From contig OX597814.1 in NCBI GenBank assembly GCA_951406725.2, forward strand, positions 53,940,001 to 54,004,000: a stretch of 64,000 nt of DNA. The letters run 5' to 3'. This document shows positions 50,601-63,711 of this stretch, one piece after another. Below the pieces are notes generated by a model, which searched no databases, was not told the origin of the DNA, and saw only the letters and a list, made by a program, of their open reading frames with translations. Both the position numbers and the translations under genes were made by a program. This DNA is from Octopus vulgaris (lineage: Eukaryota). Positions within the stretch are counted from its first letter, which is position 1. Each line of letters starts with the position of its first letter.

Positions 50601-53600
50601 TAAGAAAATTATAATTATAAATCATCATCATTGTTGATTATAATCTTTATAAATAAAAGTGAAATTCTATCTGTCCATCTGGAACCCTTGCATCTCAGTC
50701 TACATTCGCTCTACATAGACATACCTTTTTGCAATCAGAATGATCCTGGGATTGAAAATCTGACCTTGGTTCTTAAACATCCAGCATTGGGATCTGCTGT
50801 AAGAGCATTTGGACTGCTATATATATATAGCAGGTAAAGTAACCGTAAGAGGTTTCAAACGGTTTACAAGAGTCACCTCCCTTAGCAATAATAATAACCA
50901 CGACATTCTGTATCAGAAAATTTTTTTTATTTAATACCAGAACTTTGTGACATTTACCTCTATTACCTACAATAATAAATGCAACATTCTGTCTGTCAAC
51001 CAAGAATGTTGTTCATCCTGCTGCTTTATAGTGATCTCAAAATGTCACAGCAATACAAAATTCTCCAAATTGATACCCTGTGAAATAAATCTGAGATGGT
51101 AGGATACCAATAAATGTTTCATTATTATTGCTATCTTTAGTTTTGGGCCAAAGGCCCAATTAGCCCTCTGCAGGAGCTAGCCTAAAAGTTCACATGGAGT
51201 GCTGCTTTTAAGCTAGTTATGAAATATAACAAAAAGTATAACAATATGAAAGCATAAACAATTAAGAAAATTAATAAGTACCCGAATTCTTTTATGAAGA
51301 TCATGTAATTTAGCATCTCTTTGTGCTTTGGGCATGTTTTTGGACTCTTTTTGAAGTTTGATGCGTGATTTTGCTCTGAAAAAAATAATTTAGAAAGAGA
51401 AATTCATGAAATGAAAGCATGTAACCAAAAGATTTCAAATAACTTTATATTTGTTTGTTATGGATTGAACAGACCTTCAAATTTAAGATATATGTATACA
51501 GAGCTATACAGCTAGGTACATTGTTTTAAAGAAAAGTTATTCATCATAGCATGGGAAGTCACAAAATGCTGTATGCAGCCTGTGAAGTGTAGGCTGAACA
51601 AGTTTGGAATATGAATAATTGAAATTACCAGTTTGAAGATGATTATTTCCTCTAATACTTTATGAAATGGGGATATAGTACCATGGGTCATATTGTTTAA
51701 CCAAAAGATGTACTGTCTTACTTAGGAATGCATTCTGCAAAAGGGAATGAGACTGAAAGTCATGAACTAATGCCAGCCACTCCATTCAGTATCATCCAAA
51801 ATGAACTGGACGCTTTTTTGTGGCACTGACACCAGCGAGACAAAGACCACTTGACTGGGAGAGGGAGTAAAATAAGTTATCTTCTCAAGTCATGCCAACG
51901 CGTAAGGACTGGTTTCCCAATTTCCATGGTGTATAAATTCCTCACCTGAACAGGACGCCAGTCCATGCAGGATTACTCATTTTTGCCAGCTGAGGGGACT
52001 GGAGTAACATGAAATGAGATGTTTTATTCAAGAACACAATGCATCGCCCTGTTCAGGAATCAAAACCACAATCTCACAATTACCAACAAAGGTAGTAGCT
52101 CTCTGAACTTTGCCCAGCCAGTTCTTATTCTAACAATATTTTCAGAGTATCCTCTACCATTGCTAACATGATCAACTAGCTATTTACTACTTCTAAGGAT
52201 CCCACTGGACTATTTGAAGAAGTCTAGTTCCTGTATATTCTTCGTATTTATTGTACCTGCACATCTGCCACATGCAAAGACTACTTTCTCTGTTAACTTT
52301 CCTGTAATACCATTGCACCTCTTATGTGTCCATAGCTTGCACTGAAAACAGCATAATGGAATTTCTACCTACACTTTTTCTATATATTGAGCAGGGCCAT
52401 CTCCCTGAAGGTATTAGCAATTTGTCTGTTTTCTTACTTACTAGGACTTTGGTCTTTGCTAACTTAATTCTAAATTCCTTTGATTCCAGACCCTGCTTGC
52501 ACATCTGAAATTTCTTCTCTAACTCTTGTAGGGATTCAGCTAAAAGAACAAGGTCATCAACATTGAAGTGCTCTTAAGAGTAACCAGTTTAAAATTCCTC
52601 TGTTATGGACTGGAGGACTATGATAACCAAGAGGGAGCTGAGAATCAATTTTTGGCAAACTCCTACCTGTACACTAAATTCGTTGTTATACTTATGGCTG
52701 ACTTTCACCCTACTGACAGCATCCCCGTACATGGTTTGCATGGCTTTTACAAACTACTCATCTATTCCTAGCTTTTGCATTGACTGTTAGTTAAAGGATA
52801 GAGGACTCTGTCAAAGGCTTTCTCTATGTCAACAAACGCCAAGTACAGAGGCTTAATTTTTGCTAAATGCTTCTCCTGCAGTTGCCTAACTAGAAGGATA
52901 GCATCAGTAGTGCTTCTTTTCAATCTCTGTATTGAACTCTCACAAGTCATCCAAGATCTTTTATTTCTGGATACTCTATTTAACTGCTTGGTTCATCTCA
53001 CACACTGAAATACTAGTCTTGTTAAATAGTTCAGCTCAAATGACAAAGAGCTGAGTGACATGACACAGCAAGTATGCTAAACTCACAAAGCTACAACAAA
53101 ATTGGTATATTTCTCCTTTCTTTTTGTAGAGCATTTGACTTCTTTTATACACTTGTAGAATTCAGCTGAACTTGTAGAAGCCAGCTGCTTTAAACAATCT
53201 TCAAAATCAATTATTGTCATGTATACTAAATGTTGATACACACAGTGAATGTAAACACAAACAGAATGTAGTCACTAAATGTTAATACAAATCAAATGTA
53301 GGCTATACACTAAATGTTGATTCAAGCTGTGGTCACACAGATCAAAGAATCACCTTGTAAAGTATCAATCCAAAACAAAGCTGCCACTAATTCATCCCAC
53401 ATCTTCAGAGACAATGACAAGTGACTGAGACTTCTGTCAATTTGCTGCGCTTAAGAAGACATGCCAAGCTACGTAAAATAGTGAAACTGAGGTAGTGACT
53501 AGTGCTGGTGACATGTTAAAGGCACCCATGCTGGTGACACATAAAAGACACTCTGTACACTCTGTAGAGTGGTTGGCATTAGGAAGGGCATCGGGCATCC

Positions 53601-56600
53601 AGCTGTAGAAACCAAGCCAGAGCAGACTGGAGCCTGATGCAGCTCTCCGGCTTACCAGGTCCAGGCAAACTGTCTAATTCATACTGGCATGGAAAACAGA
53701 TGCTAAATGGTAATGATGATGATGAAAATGATAAAAGCTACAACTGCAAAAGATTCTTTATCACCAGAGACTTTCATTTTACTTTAAAAACAAAACAAAA
53801 AGAAGCAAGATTTTAGTTTATCTCTAATTGTGTGAGTACAAAACACAAAAATATTTTTCATTTCACAAATTTTCAAAATCATTCTCCTAGCAAACTTACC
53901 AAAATTTTTGTTTTTTTTCTCCAAAGTTTGTTAAATAACTTTAAATATTGCTTTTTTTTCAGTACATATTTTCTTCTTTTTCGTTAAGTAGAAGTATTCA
54001 AATTACTTGAAAGCAATTGGTTTGTACAATGTTCAACCATTGCTACTGTTTTATGACACCTTTTATGATTTTTAAAAATAGATATTGCTCATTTATAGAT
54101 ATATGTCTCAAACAGTCATAAGCAATTTGGTATTTCTTACCAGTTCTTCCACAGATATCCCATTTTTGGATATTTATCAAAACTTAACTGTTCTATTGGG
54201 CAAGTTCACTTTCTTCTATTGAGTTTACTTTTAGACTATTTCTGTGTTCCAACTTTTAAAATTTTTTTCCTATTTGTTGCCATTATAACAAACCTGGTAG
54301 ACATTATTTCTTTCCTTTTAGTGAAGTCTCACAGCACAATAGCCCTTCAAGTTATGACAGAGACATACAAGATCCTTTATCTTTAGATAACATATCTAGT
54401 CCAAGTAAAGCTCATGTAACTAAAGGGTTGAGTCACATGATACAACATGTCAAACTACATAACAAGAGGGATATTATAGCTTTTATTATACAGTTTATTG
54501 TTACATTATATGAAAGTTGTCAAATTAAGAACCAGTAATATTATGGCTATGATTAAATAAATAATATTCCTTCTATGCAAGTGTATCTAAGGAGATAAAA
54601 CCCTAAAAAACAGAAGCAGTCACAAGTGGTTTCATAATATATAAAACAACAAATTCCACAATTTGACTTACCTTGGAATAGAATAAAGTGCTAACCAATA
54701 TCGAGATTCTTTTAGTGTGTCTGAGCCTTCATGATACCAGGTAATATTTTCCTACATAAACATAAGAACAAATATTTAAAAAATCATTATTTGCACCATG
54801 CACAGTGAGATCAGGAATGATTATTTACAAATATACTCTTAACGCATCTAGCCACATTCAGATAGAAAATATACAAATTGCTGTAGTGTACATCATAGGA
54901 GAATGACTTTTTTCTTTTACAATAATAGTGTATGCAACATACTCAGCTCATTGGTACATGGGTTTCAACATGTGTTGGCTGACGTAAAACAGTACTTATT
55001 CTGCAATGACATTCACTACAGCAATCAGAATATTTAATTTTTGAACCAGCCTAGACATATAAATATCAAAAAGAACAGAGTAAAATGTTTGAAATTATAT
55101 ATATATTGTTCATGGCTAGTACGAGTTGGTCAATTTAGTTATTTGCCTGCAAATATCTGCAGTTAATAATTTTACAGAAAACAGATACTTTGTAATATTA
55201 AATATCTCGGTCTGAAATGGAAAAGCACCCATTTCTCATTGAGGTTGTTTAGGGCAGTGTTAAGAGGACATGAAAATGGTTATAGCAAGGTTTGAATTCA
55301 GAACCCTGTCAGCACTAAATATATCACTTTAGCATTAATATAACAGTCAGGTCTGAATTTTGAAATAGTGTGTCCAAAACAAAAGTAAGATGTGTCCAGT
55401 GAAGACAAATTATTTTCAGTAGTTGTCCACATATTGCAAAGTGAAGAAAGATGGCATCAATTGGAAACAGTTATGTCAGAGAACATGGAATCAAAGAATG
55501 AAGCAGTTAAAATGAGATAAAAACAGGATAAATAACTGGTTGATAACTTGGAAAGATATAAGAAAAAATTGAGTGAAGTGGTCAGAGTAGAAATGACAAA
55601 TGGCTAAAAGTCATCAGGTTAGAAGTAAAGAGAGAGACAGACAGAGAGAGTGTATGAAGGGAAATCAAAACTTAACAGCGAAATAGTGAATCACAACAAA
55701 TGTAAACTAAGATCCAGAGAAGTCCAATATTAACAGAATTTTGATGACTAAACTTTCACAATTCCTACATCAGAAAAAGGTAAGGAGAAAACAATAACTG
55801 AAAAGATAATGCACATTATTCAGAATCTACATACTATAAAATAGAATGATGTAATCATTTTTGAAAACTCTACCTCTTCTCTTTTCTTCTTTTTTTCTTC
55901 TTGTTCAATTTTCTTTTTTTTTATAGTGTCTTCTCCAATCTGAGCTAACAACTGCCTCAAACGTTCTCGACGATCAGCAGGACCTTCTCCAAAGAGACCT
56001 AAAGAACAAAATCGAACAGAGTTAATAAATAAAAATCCAAGAAAAAAATGCTTAAATAAAAAGAACAGCATGAATAATCTTTAACACATATACAATATAA
56101 ACACATTGTTGAGAATGCTCCACCGTCCCATTCACTGATCTCGGTAGCTTTATAAAGGAGCATGGACAGTGTTTTTTTCCTGACTAAAATGGGGGGAAAA
56201 AAAGCTGCCAAAGGAAGACAGCTATGCAAGTTTCATCATCAACAGTACAAATGAACTTAAGTATCCAAAGCAGGTAGGCAATTTTAAAGGCAGAGTCACA
56301 TGCTCTCACAGACTCTCTAAGAATGGATATGCAGATAAAAATGATTTGTAACAACTCCACACTGATGATGGACAGACACAAGACTGAAAAGATTGGAGTA
56401 AAAAGTGTAAATATATAGACTGTTCCTTAATGGTATCCAACACTTGTGTATAGGAGAATAGATTGAAACCTGTGCAGCAGTGTGCATATGTGTATAAGGG
56501 AAAACAAAAACAGTTAAAGTAAATAACAAAGTAAATATATTTCATTTAAGACTTACATATAGGCTCCCCGAGCTGCCTTAAAGTAGCTTTTACTTCAGTG

Positions 56601-59600
56601 TCATCAGTGGATACTTGGATCTGTCGAGCCTGCATTAGAGATTCAGAGAGACAAATCAAAAGTAATGTGCAAATTGTTGTGTAAAAGAGTTATTACTAAA
56701 CATTAACAAATCATCATCATGATTTTTACATCTGATTTTCCATTGTGGTATGGCTTAGAGAAAACCAAAGTGCCATGAAAAAAGCATTGGTATGGGTGCT
56801 GGTGCCATGTAAAAAGCACTGGTCCTGGTTCCACATAAAAAGCACAGTGACACATCATAAAAAGCACCCAGTACTCTCAGTAAAGTGGCTGGCATGAAGA
56901 AAAGCATCCAGCCTTAGAAACCAAGCCAAAACAGACTATGGAACCTGGTGTTGCTCATAGCCTTGCCAGCTACTGTCATGCTATCCAACCCATGCCAGCA
57001 TGGAAAACAGACATTAAATGTTGATGATGATATTGAGGCAGATTTTCTAAACCAGACACCACCTGTCATCAACAAGTAAGATATTTTTCATTCCACTGGT
57101 CATCAAATGCCCAATGAACAATGGGACTTTTGTTTACCGGAGAATTTAAATAATGTTACTGTTTTTTGTTTTTGTTGTTTTTTCTCCGACACACTAACAA
57201 GGACATGCAGATGTGTATGTTTGCATCTCCTTCAAATTGCATGACAGTTGTAAATGATTGTCAGTCATACAATGCCAGTCATTTCCAATATTTTGCAAGA
57301 TCATGTTTGGACATGAAAAAATTACCTTGTTTGGAAATAGGTGATGGTTAGTGACAGGAATGACATCTGACCATAGAAAATCCACTCCAATAAACTCCAT
57401 AGACACACATGTGGAAACAACAAGCTTCCTTGACGTTTTTATCTATGTCTATCTACCAATTTCACTTACAAAATGTTGATTGATCTGAGGCTATTATCGA
57501 AGACACTTGCCCAAGATACCACAGAGAGGGACTGAACCTGAAACCATGTAGTTGTGAAGCAGACTTCATAATCACACAGCCATGGCTGCACCTATATATA
57601 AAAGTCACCCTTCCCCTGTAAATATGAAGCTCTGTACCTATATAAGAAAGTATGTTTTTCAAGGCCATTAGCAGCAAAAGCAAAATGTTTTCAGCTATTG
57701 ACTGAGACTGAATCATGGATTTGACTCATCTGGAACTAAACACCCAATCTAGTTATGTCTGAAGTATGTTCTTTTGTTTTTAACTGATGATTTTATTATA
57801 ATCATCATCAACATTTAACATCTGCTTTCCATGCTGGCATGGTTTGGATGGTCTGATTAAAAACCGGTAAGCCAGGGAGCTGCACCAGGTTCCAATCTAA
57901 TTTGACAAGTTTCTATGGATGGATGCCCTTCCTAACTCCAAATAGATATGAAGTAAATTAATCTAATAATGACCTTGTCATTTTGAACAATGCAATTAAA
58001 TCATTGATGGTTAGAGATCAGCTTCCATTAGCAAAGGACAGCATTCTACAAGTGCAAAAAACCCCTCTGATAAGAGTATACTCAGGATGATATTGTTGGA
58101 TGAGTAAGAAGTAATTCATGTGATACAGTCTGTCTAATGATAAGGAAGCAGCACTATCAGGATCCTGGATTCAATCTCACTGAATAGCATCTTGGGTAAG
58201 TGTTAGTTACCATATCACCAGGTCAACACAAGCCTTGTAATTGAAGTTAGGTGGACAGAAAATGTTGAGAAGTTTGTTATAGAGATTGTACCAGTAATTC
58301 AATGACTCTGCCCGAGTATTACATTAAGGGTACATGTCTGTGGAATGTTCAGCCACTTACATGCTAATTCATTCAACAAGTAGGTCAGTCAATCAAACAA
58401 CCGAATATTTATAACTTATGGACATCCATTTGCTTTGCTAATAGCCATGCAGCAGCAGTGACAGCACCACATCATCTTCATCATCCTCCTTCTCCCACTC
58501 CTTTAACATCTGTTTTCCATCCTGAAGAGCTATACTGGGTTCCAATCTGGTTTGGCATGGTTTCTGTGACTGGATGCCCTTCCTAATGCCAACCACTTTA
58601 CAGTGTGCGCTGGGTACTTTTAACGTGGCACTGCACAAGCGCTTTTATGTGGCCCCAGCATGAGTGCTTTTTACATGGTACATATATATTTATAATATCA
58701 GGTTGCCTCTATGTAGTCACTTGAGCTACTACAAACAGCAGCCAAATTCCCCTCAAACTACACTCTACTGCTTAAAAACTGAAAAGGACACATAGGATAG
58801 TTGTAATATATTACTCACAAAAAAGATGGAATAGTCAAGCTGGAATATATTTGATGGCAGGATGTCTAATAAGTGCTAAAGGGCAACAACATATCAGTAT
58901 ATTTATTTTTTGTACTCATTTAAATGGCTGACACCTTTCATTCACAATATCTTCATAGACTAACAAAAAGAGAACTAACTGCACCCATGAAACTTAGAAA
59001 GAATCAACAGAGTTTTTGTTAGGAATGCGCTAAAAGTGTATAATGAAAATTTGCATTTCAATTAAATAATAAAAAATCTGTTTCTATCTAATACCACAAT
59101 GATTTTTCTGTCAGCAGTTAAAGCCCTTTTGTTGCATATACATTATTAATATCTTTGAGAAGAAGATGAATATGACAATCTCATTCCCATCTCTGGAGTC
59201 TGATTTTTGTGCCAAAACAAGAAATTTTAATCACAAGAACTAGATAACTCTACATGATATCACAAAGAACTACATGCATTTATAGGATATCGAACTACAT
59301 GCATTTATAGGATATCATAAATACTTAATGATATCTTCATATTACAAAGACCTAGATGTCACTGATCTTTATGTAACTGACTGACACTAGGTAATATCTT
59401 AACATAAATGCATAAGTTCATAGTACCTTGAAGAATTTCATCATCTGCAAGAAAGAATGATCAACACAGACAAATAAAAGAGTTGATTTTAGAAAGGCTC
59501 AAATCAAGTCACCCACCCTTTTCCTGCGTTCAAATTCTGCTAGTAATTCTGCTTGGCTTTCACTTTGCTCATCATCAATTTCAAACACTGCTCCTGAAAT

Positions 59601-59898
59601 GGAAACAATTGTTTTTTTTTTTAAATACAACAAACACTTGCTGTACATATGTTTTAAAAATTTTTCCGCATCATACTGAGAATACAATTAGTACTTCAAA
59701 GGTAAAACAAAATTTGAGAAGTATTGAAAAGTGCAAACCATCTGATATGTTAATATTTCCAGCAGCTATTCCAGCTTCTATAGCACTGGAGGTTTTACGG
59801 TGTGAATCATTGTCAGTATTCTGATGTTCTTCAAGACTCCCATAATGCAATCCTTTATCTTTCTTATAATAAGACACTTCATTTTCATCATCAGACAT
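36668..59898 (-). CDS. PRPF4: U4/U6 small nuclear ribonucleoprotein Prp4 (WD40 repeat; 512 aa, 15 coding exons)
   Basis: Exons 59898-59739, 59593-59517, 56629-56557, 55998-55874, 54751-54672, 51375-51282, 48227-48133, 47723-47665, 47031-46908, 46422-46330, 45631-45509, 40995-40888, 40702-40584, 37827-37778, 36826-36668. All GT-AG with consistent phases; total 1539 nt. Signature peptides [52 protein letters not shown] (PRP4/SFM motif), [70 protein letters not shown]. Confidence 0.97.
38154..38373. mobile_element. piggyBac-type MITE (220 bp) nested in a SINE
   Basis: TTAA duplications at 38150-38153 and 38374-38377. TIRs CCCTTTCGTTAC / GTATCGAAAGGG (11/12 match). SINE sequence resumes on both sides. 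Confidence 0.85.
38645..38855 (+). mobile_element. Deu/Nin-domain tRNA-SINE, (ATT)-type tail
   Basis: ggcagaagcattagcatgctgggcaaaatgctt..gagttcaaattc..ctttcggggttgataaaataagtaccag..gccttgtgccaaaatttgaaac. Confidence 0.8.
39140..40500 (-). mobile_element. Head-to-tail cluster of five SINEs separated by (AAT)n tracts
   Basis: Deu/Nin-SINEs at ~39159-39333, 39700-39890, 39928-40142 and 40166-40382. A different tRNA-SINE lies at 39362-39652 (reverse ggaggcgcaaTGGCCCAGTGGttagg..GGTTTCGATTCCcag). (AAT)n at 39653-39692 and 40420-40500. Confidence 0.85.
41383..41561. repeat. Long imperfect palindrome (foldback MITE-like element)
   Basis: Arms tttagataaagata..gcttagctttacaatgt..gacc and ggtc..acattgtaaagctaagc..tatctttatctaaa around a 10-nt loop. 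Confidence 0.85.
42338..42386. repeat. (TA)n(CA)n microsatellite; others at 2294-2313 (GT), 35699-35724 (TA), 47613-47641 (GT)
   Basis: Direct reading. Confidence 0.95.
42590..42637 (-). mobile_element. Probable hAT-type non-autonomous element terminus
   Basis: Reverse CAGTGGCAGAT..taagactaatgcagcttaagcttcagggcccc resembles hAT/Tip100 MITE ends. The other end was not located. Confidence 0.4.
52085..52960 (-). mobile_element. RTE-clade LINE reverse transcriptase fragment
   Basis: [86 protein letters not shown]. Homologous to 22140-22740. Confidence 0.85.
59267..59316. repeat. Perfect 25-bp tandem duplication
   Basis: gaactacatgcatttataggatatc occurs twice (59267-59291 and 59292-59316). Confidence 0.9.
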
Positions 59899-60094
59899 GG
59901 TTGGCTACTTCTGAAAAGTGAAAACAAAAAAAAATAAGTTAAAAGAAGAGAGAACAAAAGAAATATACAGTGGAGATGATTTAACTAAAACAATATCAAA
60001 ATGTTTTTTTTGACCTGGTCATTATTTTATAAGATGCCTCATTGATTTCACAGAGCATACTATATTAGAGGTACTTAATTTATTAACCTCAATG

Positions 60095-60327
60095 AGGGCG
60101 GCGAGCTGGCAGAAACGTTAGCATGCTGGATGAAATGCTTAGTGGTATTTCGTCTGTCTTTACGTTCTGAGTTAAAATTCCGCCAAGGTCGACTTTGCCT
60201 TTCATCCTTTCGGGGTCGATGAATATAGTACCAATTTCGCACTGGGGTTGATGTAATTGACTTAATCCCTTTGTCTGTCCTTGTTTGTCCCCTCTATGTT
60301 TAGCCCCTTGTGGGCAATAAAGAAATA
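60095..60327 (+). mobile_element. Full-length Deu/Nin-domain tRNA-SINE with Tx1-like tail and perfect 15-bp TSD
   Basis: TSD TTATTAACCTCAATG at 60080-60094 and 60328-60342. ggcggcgagctggcagaaacgttagc head; gtcgactttgcctttcatcctttcggggtcgat core; tail tgtcccctctatgtttagccccttgtgggcaataaagaaata. Confidence 0.9.
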
Positions 60328-62494
60328 TTATTAACCTCAATGGGAATTGCTCCAGTTCACTCAGCTGTAAAACTATGAGAAAAACTAGTTAAAGCAGATG
60401 TAAAACTAATTTTTAAAACATTTAATATGACCTAATCCAAATGAGCAACAGTTAACTATAAAGTTCTATCAGTAATAGAGAGTGTGACTAGCTAAGCACA
60501 TAGGGTAACAGATAATCACCCATAAATTCAATGGTTTGTGTCTTATCTTAGGTAACACGTTTTTTCTACGACTAGGCATTTGACTCTTAAATGGTCCAGT
60601 TCAGCTAGTAGAAAATAGATATCATAGGATAGGAATAATTCATTGCTCCAAGCAGTGACAGCATTGTTGATTTGATGAATGATTTGTTAGCTAGTAGCAC
60701 CAAGTTTAATTCTGCCTGTTAGAAAGATACCTGTATAAACTAGCATCTCATCCAAATAGAGGAAGCTTTATTTCCCATTTGCTTAAGGTTACAAAAACTG
60801 TAGTATGTATCACGTAATATGGATCATTGTGATTTGGAAATGGATTAGCTTTATACCAGTAATAGCAAGTGTATATATGTGCAGTGACTAATTATACATC
60901 ACATGAATCATTATTCAGTTTCTTCTAGACAGTGGTTCACAAATCCCATCTCTTTCATGGAATTAAGATTTTACCACTATTTAGAATGAAAGAGATACAC
61001 CTTAAAATCTTGATACAAACTCATACTATGATGATGAATGGCTAGATTCTTTTTCAACAAAGTGCACAACATTATCTTGCAACTCTATCAAAAGAAAATG
61101 ATGTTGAACAATTTTCCAAGAGTATTTCTTCACAAGATAATAAAATTAATCGAAAGTTACTATACTTAAATAGATTGCCCTTAACATATAGAAGTTAAGC
61201 TTGCTTGGAACAGTGTGATACCAACTTAGTGTAAATTAATCTAAATTAATTCACACAAAGTTGATGACAAGCAGCAAAGCATGAAATTACAATTGACATC
61301 ACCGCCATGTACAAGCTACAGAAATAGAGAAAGAGGCGGGGAAAAGAAGACTATAGAGCGTTCATATTGCTAAACAACTGGTTAAGCTTGATTGAGCAGA
61401 CCTACGAACCAAAGGCAATCCAGTGGTAACCATCCCGTCCTTTTTCGAACAGATTGAGTGACATGTAAATGTTCCCTAACTGGCACATTCATGTCTTTTT
61501 CCAGGCTACAATTAGCAGTATAAGTAAAACAACAAACCTAGTCGAAGTACTAGGCTAGAAGGGAATTTTTTGACACTGGTCCTGTGAGTACAAAATATTA
61601 ATTTCTTACACAAGCACAAAACTAGATTCGTGCGATAGAGATAATCGACTGAGTCGACACTAGTATATGACAGGTACTCATTTTATTGGCCCCCAGAAGA
61701 ATGAAAGCCAGTTAGATCAACTTCAATGTTATTTGAATTCACGCCGTACAGGGGAAGTAGTTTAATGGTGTAGAACTAGCATTCTACACCATTCTTGCGA
61801 AAAGGAAATTTTAAAAAGTCAGTTGTCAGGTAAAACATTCAAACCCTATATCCTAGAATAAATCTGACAGGGAGGGGCGATAAGGTTCAATGTTGTTTAC
61901 TAATTATAACAATTCATATATTATCAGTTCCTTTGAAGAAAAAAGTTTTGGCTTGTTCGTGTTTCTAGCGTTACGTTGTTTTTCATTATTATTATTACTA
62001 ACATTGTAAATTTTGGTCTTGAATTAATTCATTTTTCGAAGCGTTACTACAAACCCTCGAGGTTTTCTACCATCTCTCATACTGAATTTTTTAAAAATCA
62101 AATTTGTGTATGTGTACTTGAGTAGAATTCCTCAACGTTATCTTTTGATCAAAACTTTTAAAGAATCGATTTCTGATATCTTTTAATCTCAAATAAAACG
62201 AATATAAATTGAAGAGATTATTGGTTGTCTATGTCAGCAAGAAACAATAAACTACGTTGCTGGGTATCGACTAAAAGCGAACGTTTTGAATAAGATCCCT
62301 TAATCGGAAAAAAGTCGCAATTCGTTTCACGTTTTTTGATTATTGTATAGTTAACCGTTATTTATTTTCTTACTATACACAAATTCACTTTTGTTGAGTA
62401 GAACATTTAATCGACTGAAAGGATCTTATAATACTAATGCTAATATTTATTCCATAGAGTTTCATACTTTTGGATCCGGAGGAACAAAACTTAC

Positions 62495-62745
62495 CAGGCT
62501 AAAATTGAACAGAGGTCTTGATTTAAATGCTATAAAAGAACACGTCATGGGAAACTAAATAGACTATTTAGGTGAAGACCGCGATGACAAAGAATAGAAA
62601 GAACAATTAATTATTTGAAAATTAAATGTAACCAAGGAAAATTTAGCATTGTATTACATACCAGCAATGGTATCTTACAAGTAAATAAATATAAAGACAC
62701 CATGCAGTCATTAGAATACTTCCGGTAAAGGTCACATCCGGTGTT
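62495..62745 (-). promoter_or_regulatory. Probable PRPF4 promoter and non-coding first exon(s)
   Basis: The ATG exon begins at an acceptor (ttttcag|, 59910), so an upstream exon is needed. Strong donor CTG|GTAAGT at 62494, with a second CTG|GTATGT at 62661. Tandem ETS-type motifs ACTTCCGGT (62718-62726) and ACATCCGGT (62734-62742). TGACGTGT at 62547-62540. CpG-retaining. Confidence 0.6.
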
Positions 62746-62979
62746 ATATGTCATAGTTTATTTGTTTATTGTGAAAATTTCTACATTATTTATTGTGTGT
62801 TTAAATAACAAGCAATTTTTGCGATGAAATTTGAATAAAAAATTCTAATAGCAGAACTTTTTAAAGTTGTTGATCAAATTCTTATAATGACTACAGAAAA
62901 TCGACCAACGTAGATTATTCTGTTTTTGTGTTATATCAAGAGTTTATAGTCTTTTAAACAAATTTTATTTGTATCGTCT

Positions 62980-63711
62980 GGATGAAGGGGCTGCGTTCCC
63001 AGTCTTCTCAGACATTCTGAAACTGGTGAGATGAATGTAGTTAATGTTCTTCAACATTAAAGTGGGCGTAGTGATAAGTGTGAACATATGGGTGATGAGT
63101 AGAGGAGAATCTAATATGTTGAAGTGGCATGATAACAGCCAACTCTATCAGAGATAGAGGCCGCAGCGTAGAAAAGACCAGAGATAGTGTGTTGGTGAAT
63201 AACTTAAAGCCAGCCAGTGTAGTGAATCCCTACTTCAAGACGCTTTGCTTATGAAGTCTGGGATGTCTACGTGTAGAAGCAAAACAGCCCCATATGTGGG
63301 AGCAGTACTTCACTGGGTATTAAAGGGTTTTCTAGAGGGTTGGTAGTAGTTGTGAGATGTAATGTTTTATGACATTAAAGACAAAGGCCACTCTTTGAAA
63401 TACAATTTTAAGTGATGTTTGGGGTACTGTCATATTGAATTTTTTCATGTTTATAGTAATTGTTTCTTTGTGATGCTGAAGGAGACATGATTGGTGTGAC
63501 CATTTCAGAATATTTTCAAAGTTCTGCTTAAGGACTCAGCTCAAGGTTGGTATAAGGTTGCATACAGATGACACTTGGATGTGGAAGAATAAAAGTGGTA
63601 TTATCTCCAGAGATGACCTGTGAATTGATGTATGGGAAGAAGAATGTGGGGAGCAAAATTGAACCAAATTTGATAGTGTAGATCTGAGAGAATTCCATCA
63701 GTATATACCAT
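62980..63711 (-). mobile_element. Highly decayed CR1-like LINE RT C-terminal fragment
   Basis: Reverse reads PTL*KTL.P..KYCSHIWG, resembling LYK..IRP.LEYCSHIW, and SLFYAAASISD. Heavily frameshifted. Confidence 0.5.

Noticed and set aside
56770-56870. Short repeats (..gtgccatgtaaaaagcac..) with variable spacers, CRISPR-like at a glance; also at 43200-43320 and 53500-53550
   Set aside because: These are internal tandem units of the abundant RTE-tail repeat. The units are degenerate, the context is eukaryotic and there are no cas genes.
36668-59898. U12-type or non-canonical introns in PRPF4 or SEC61A
   Set aside because: All introns between coding exons are GT-AG and none has the GTATCCTT donor.
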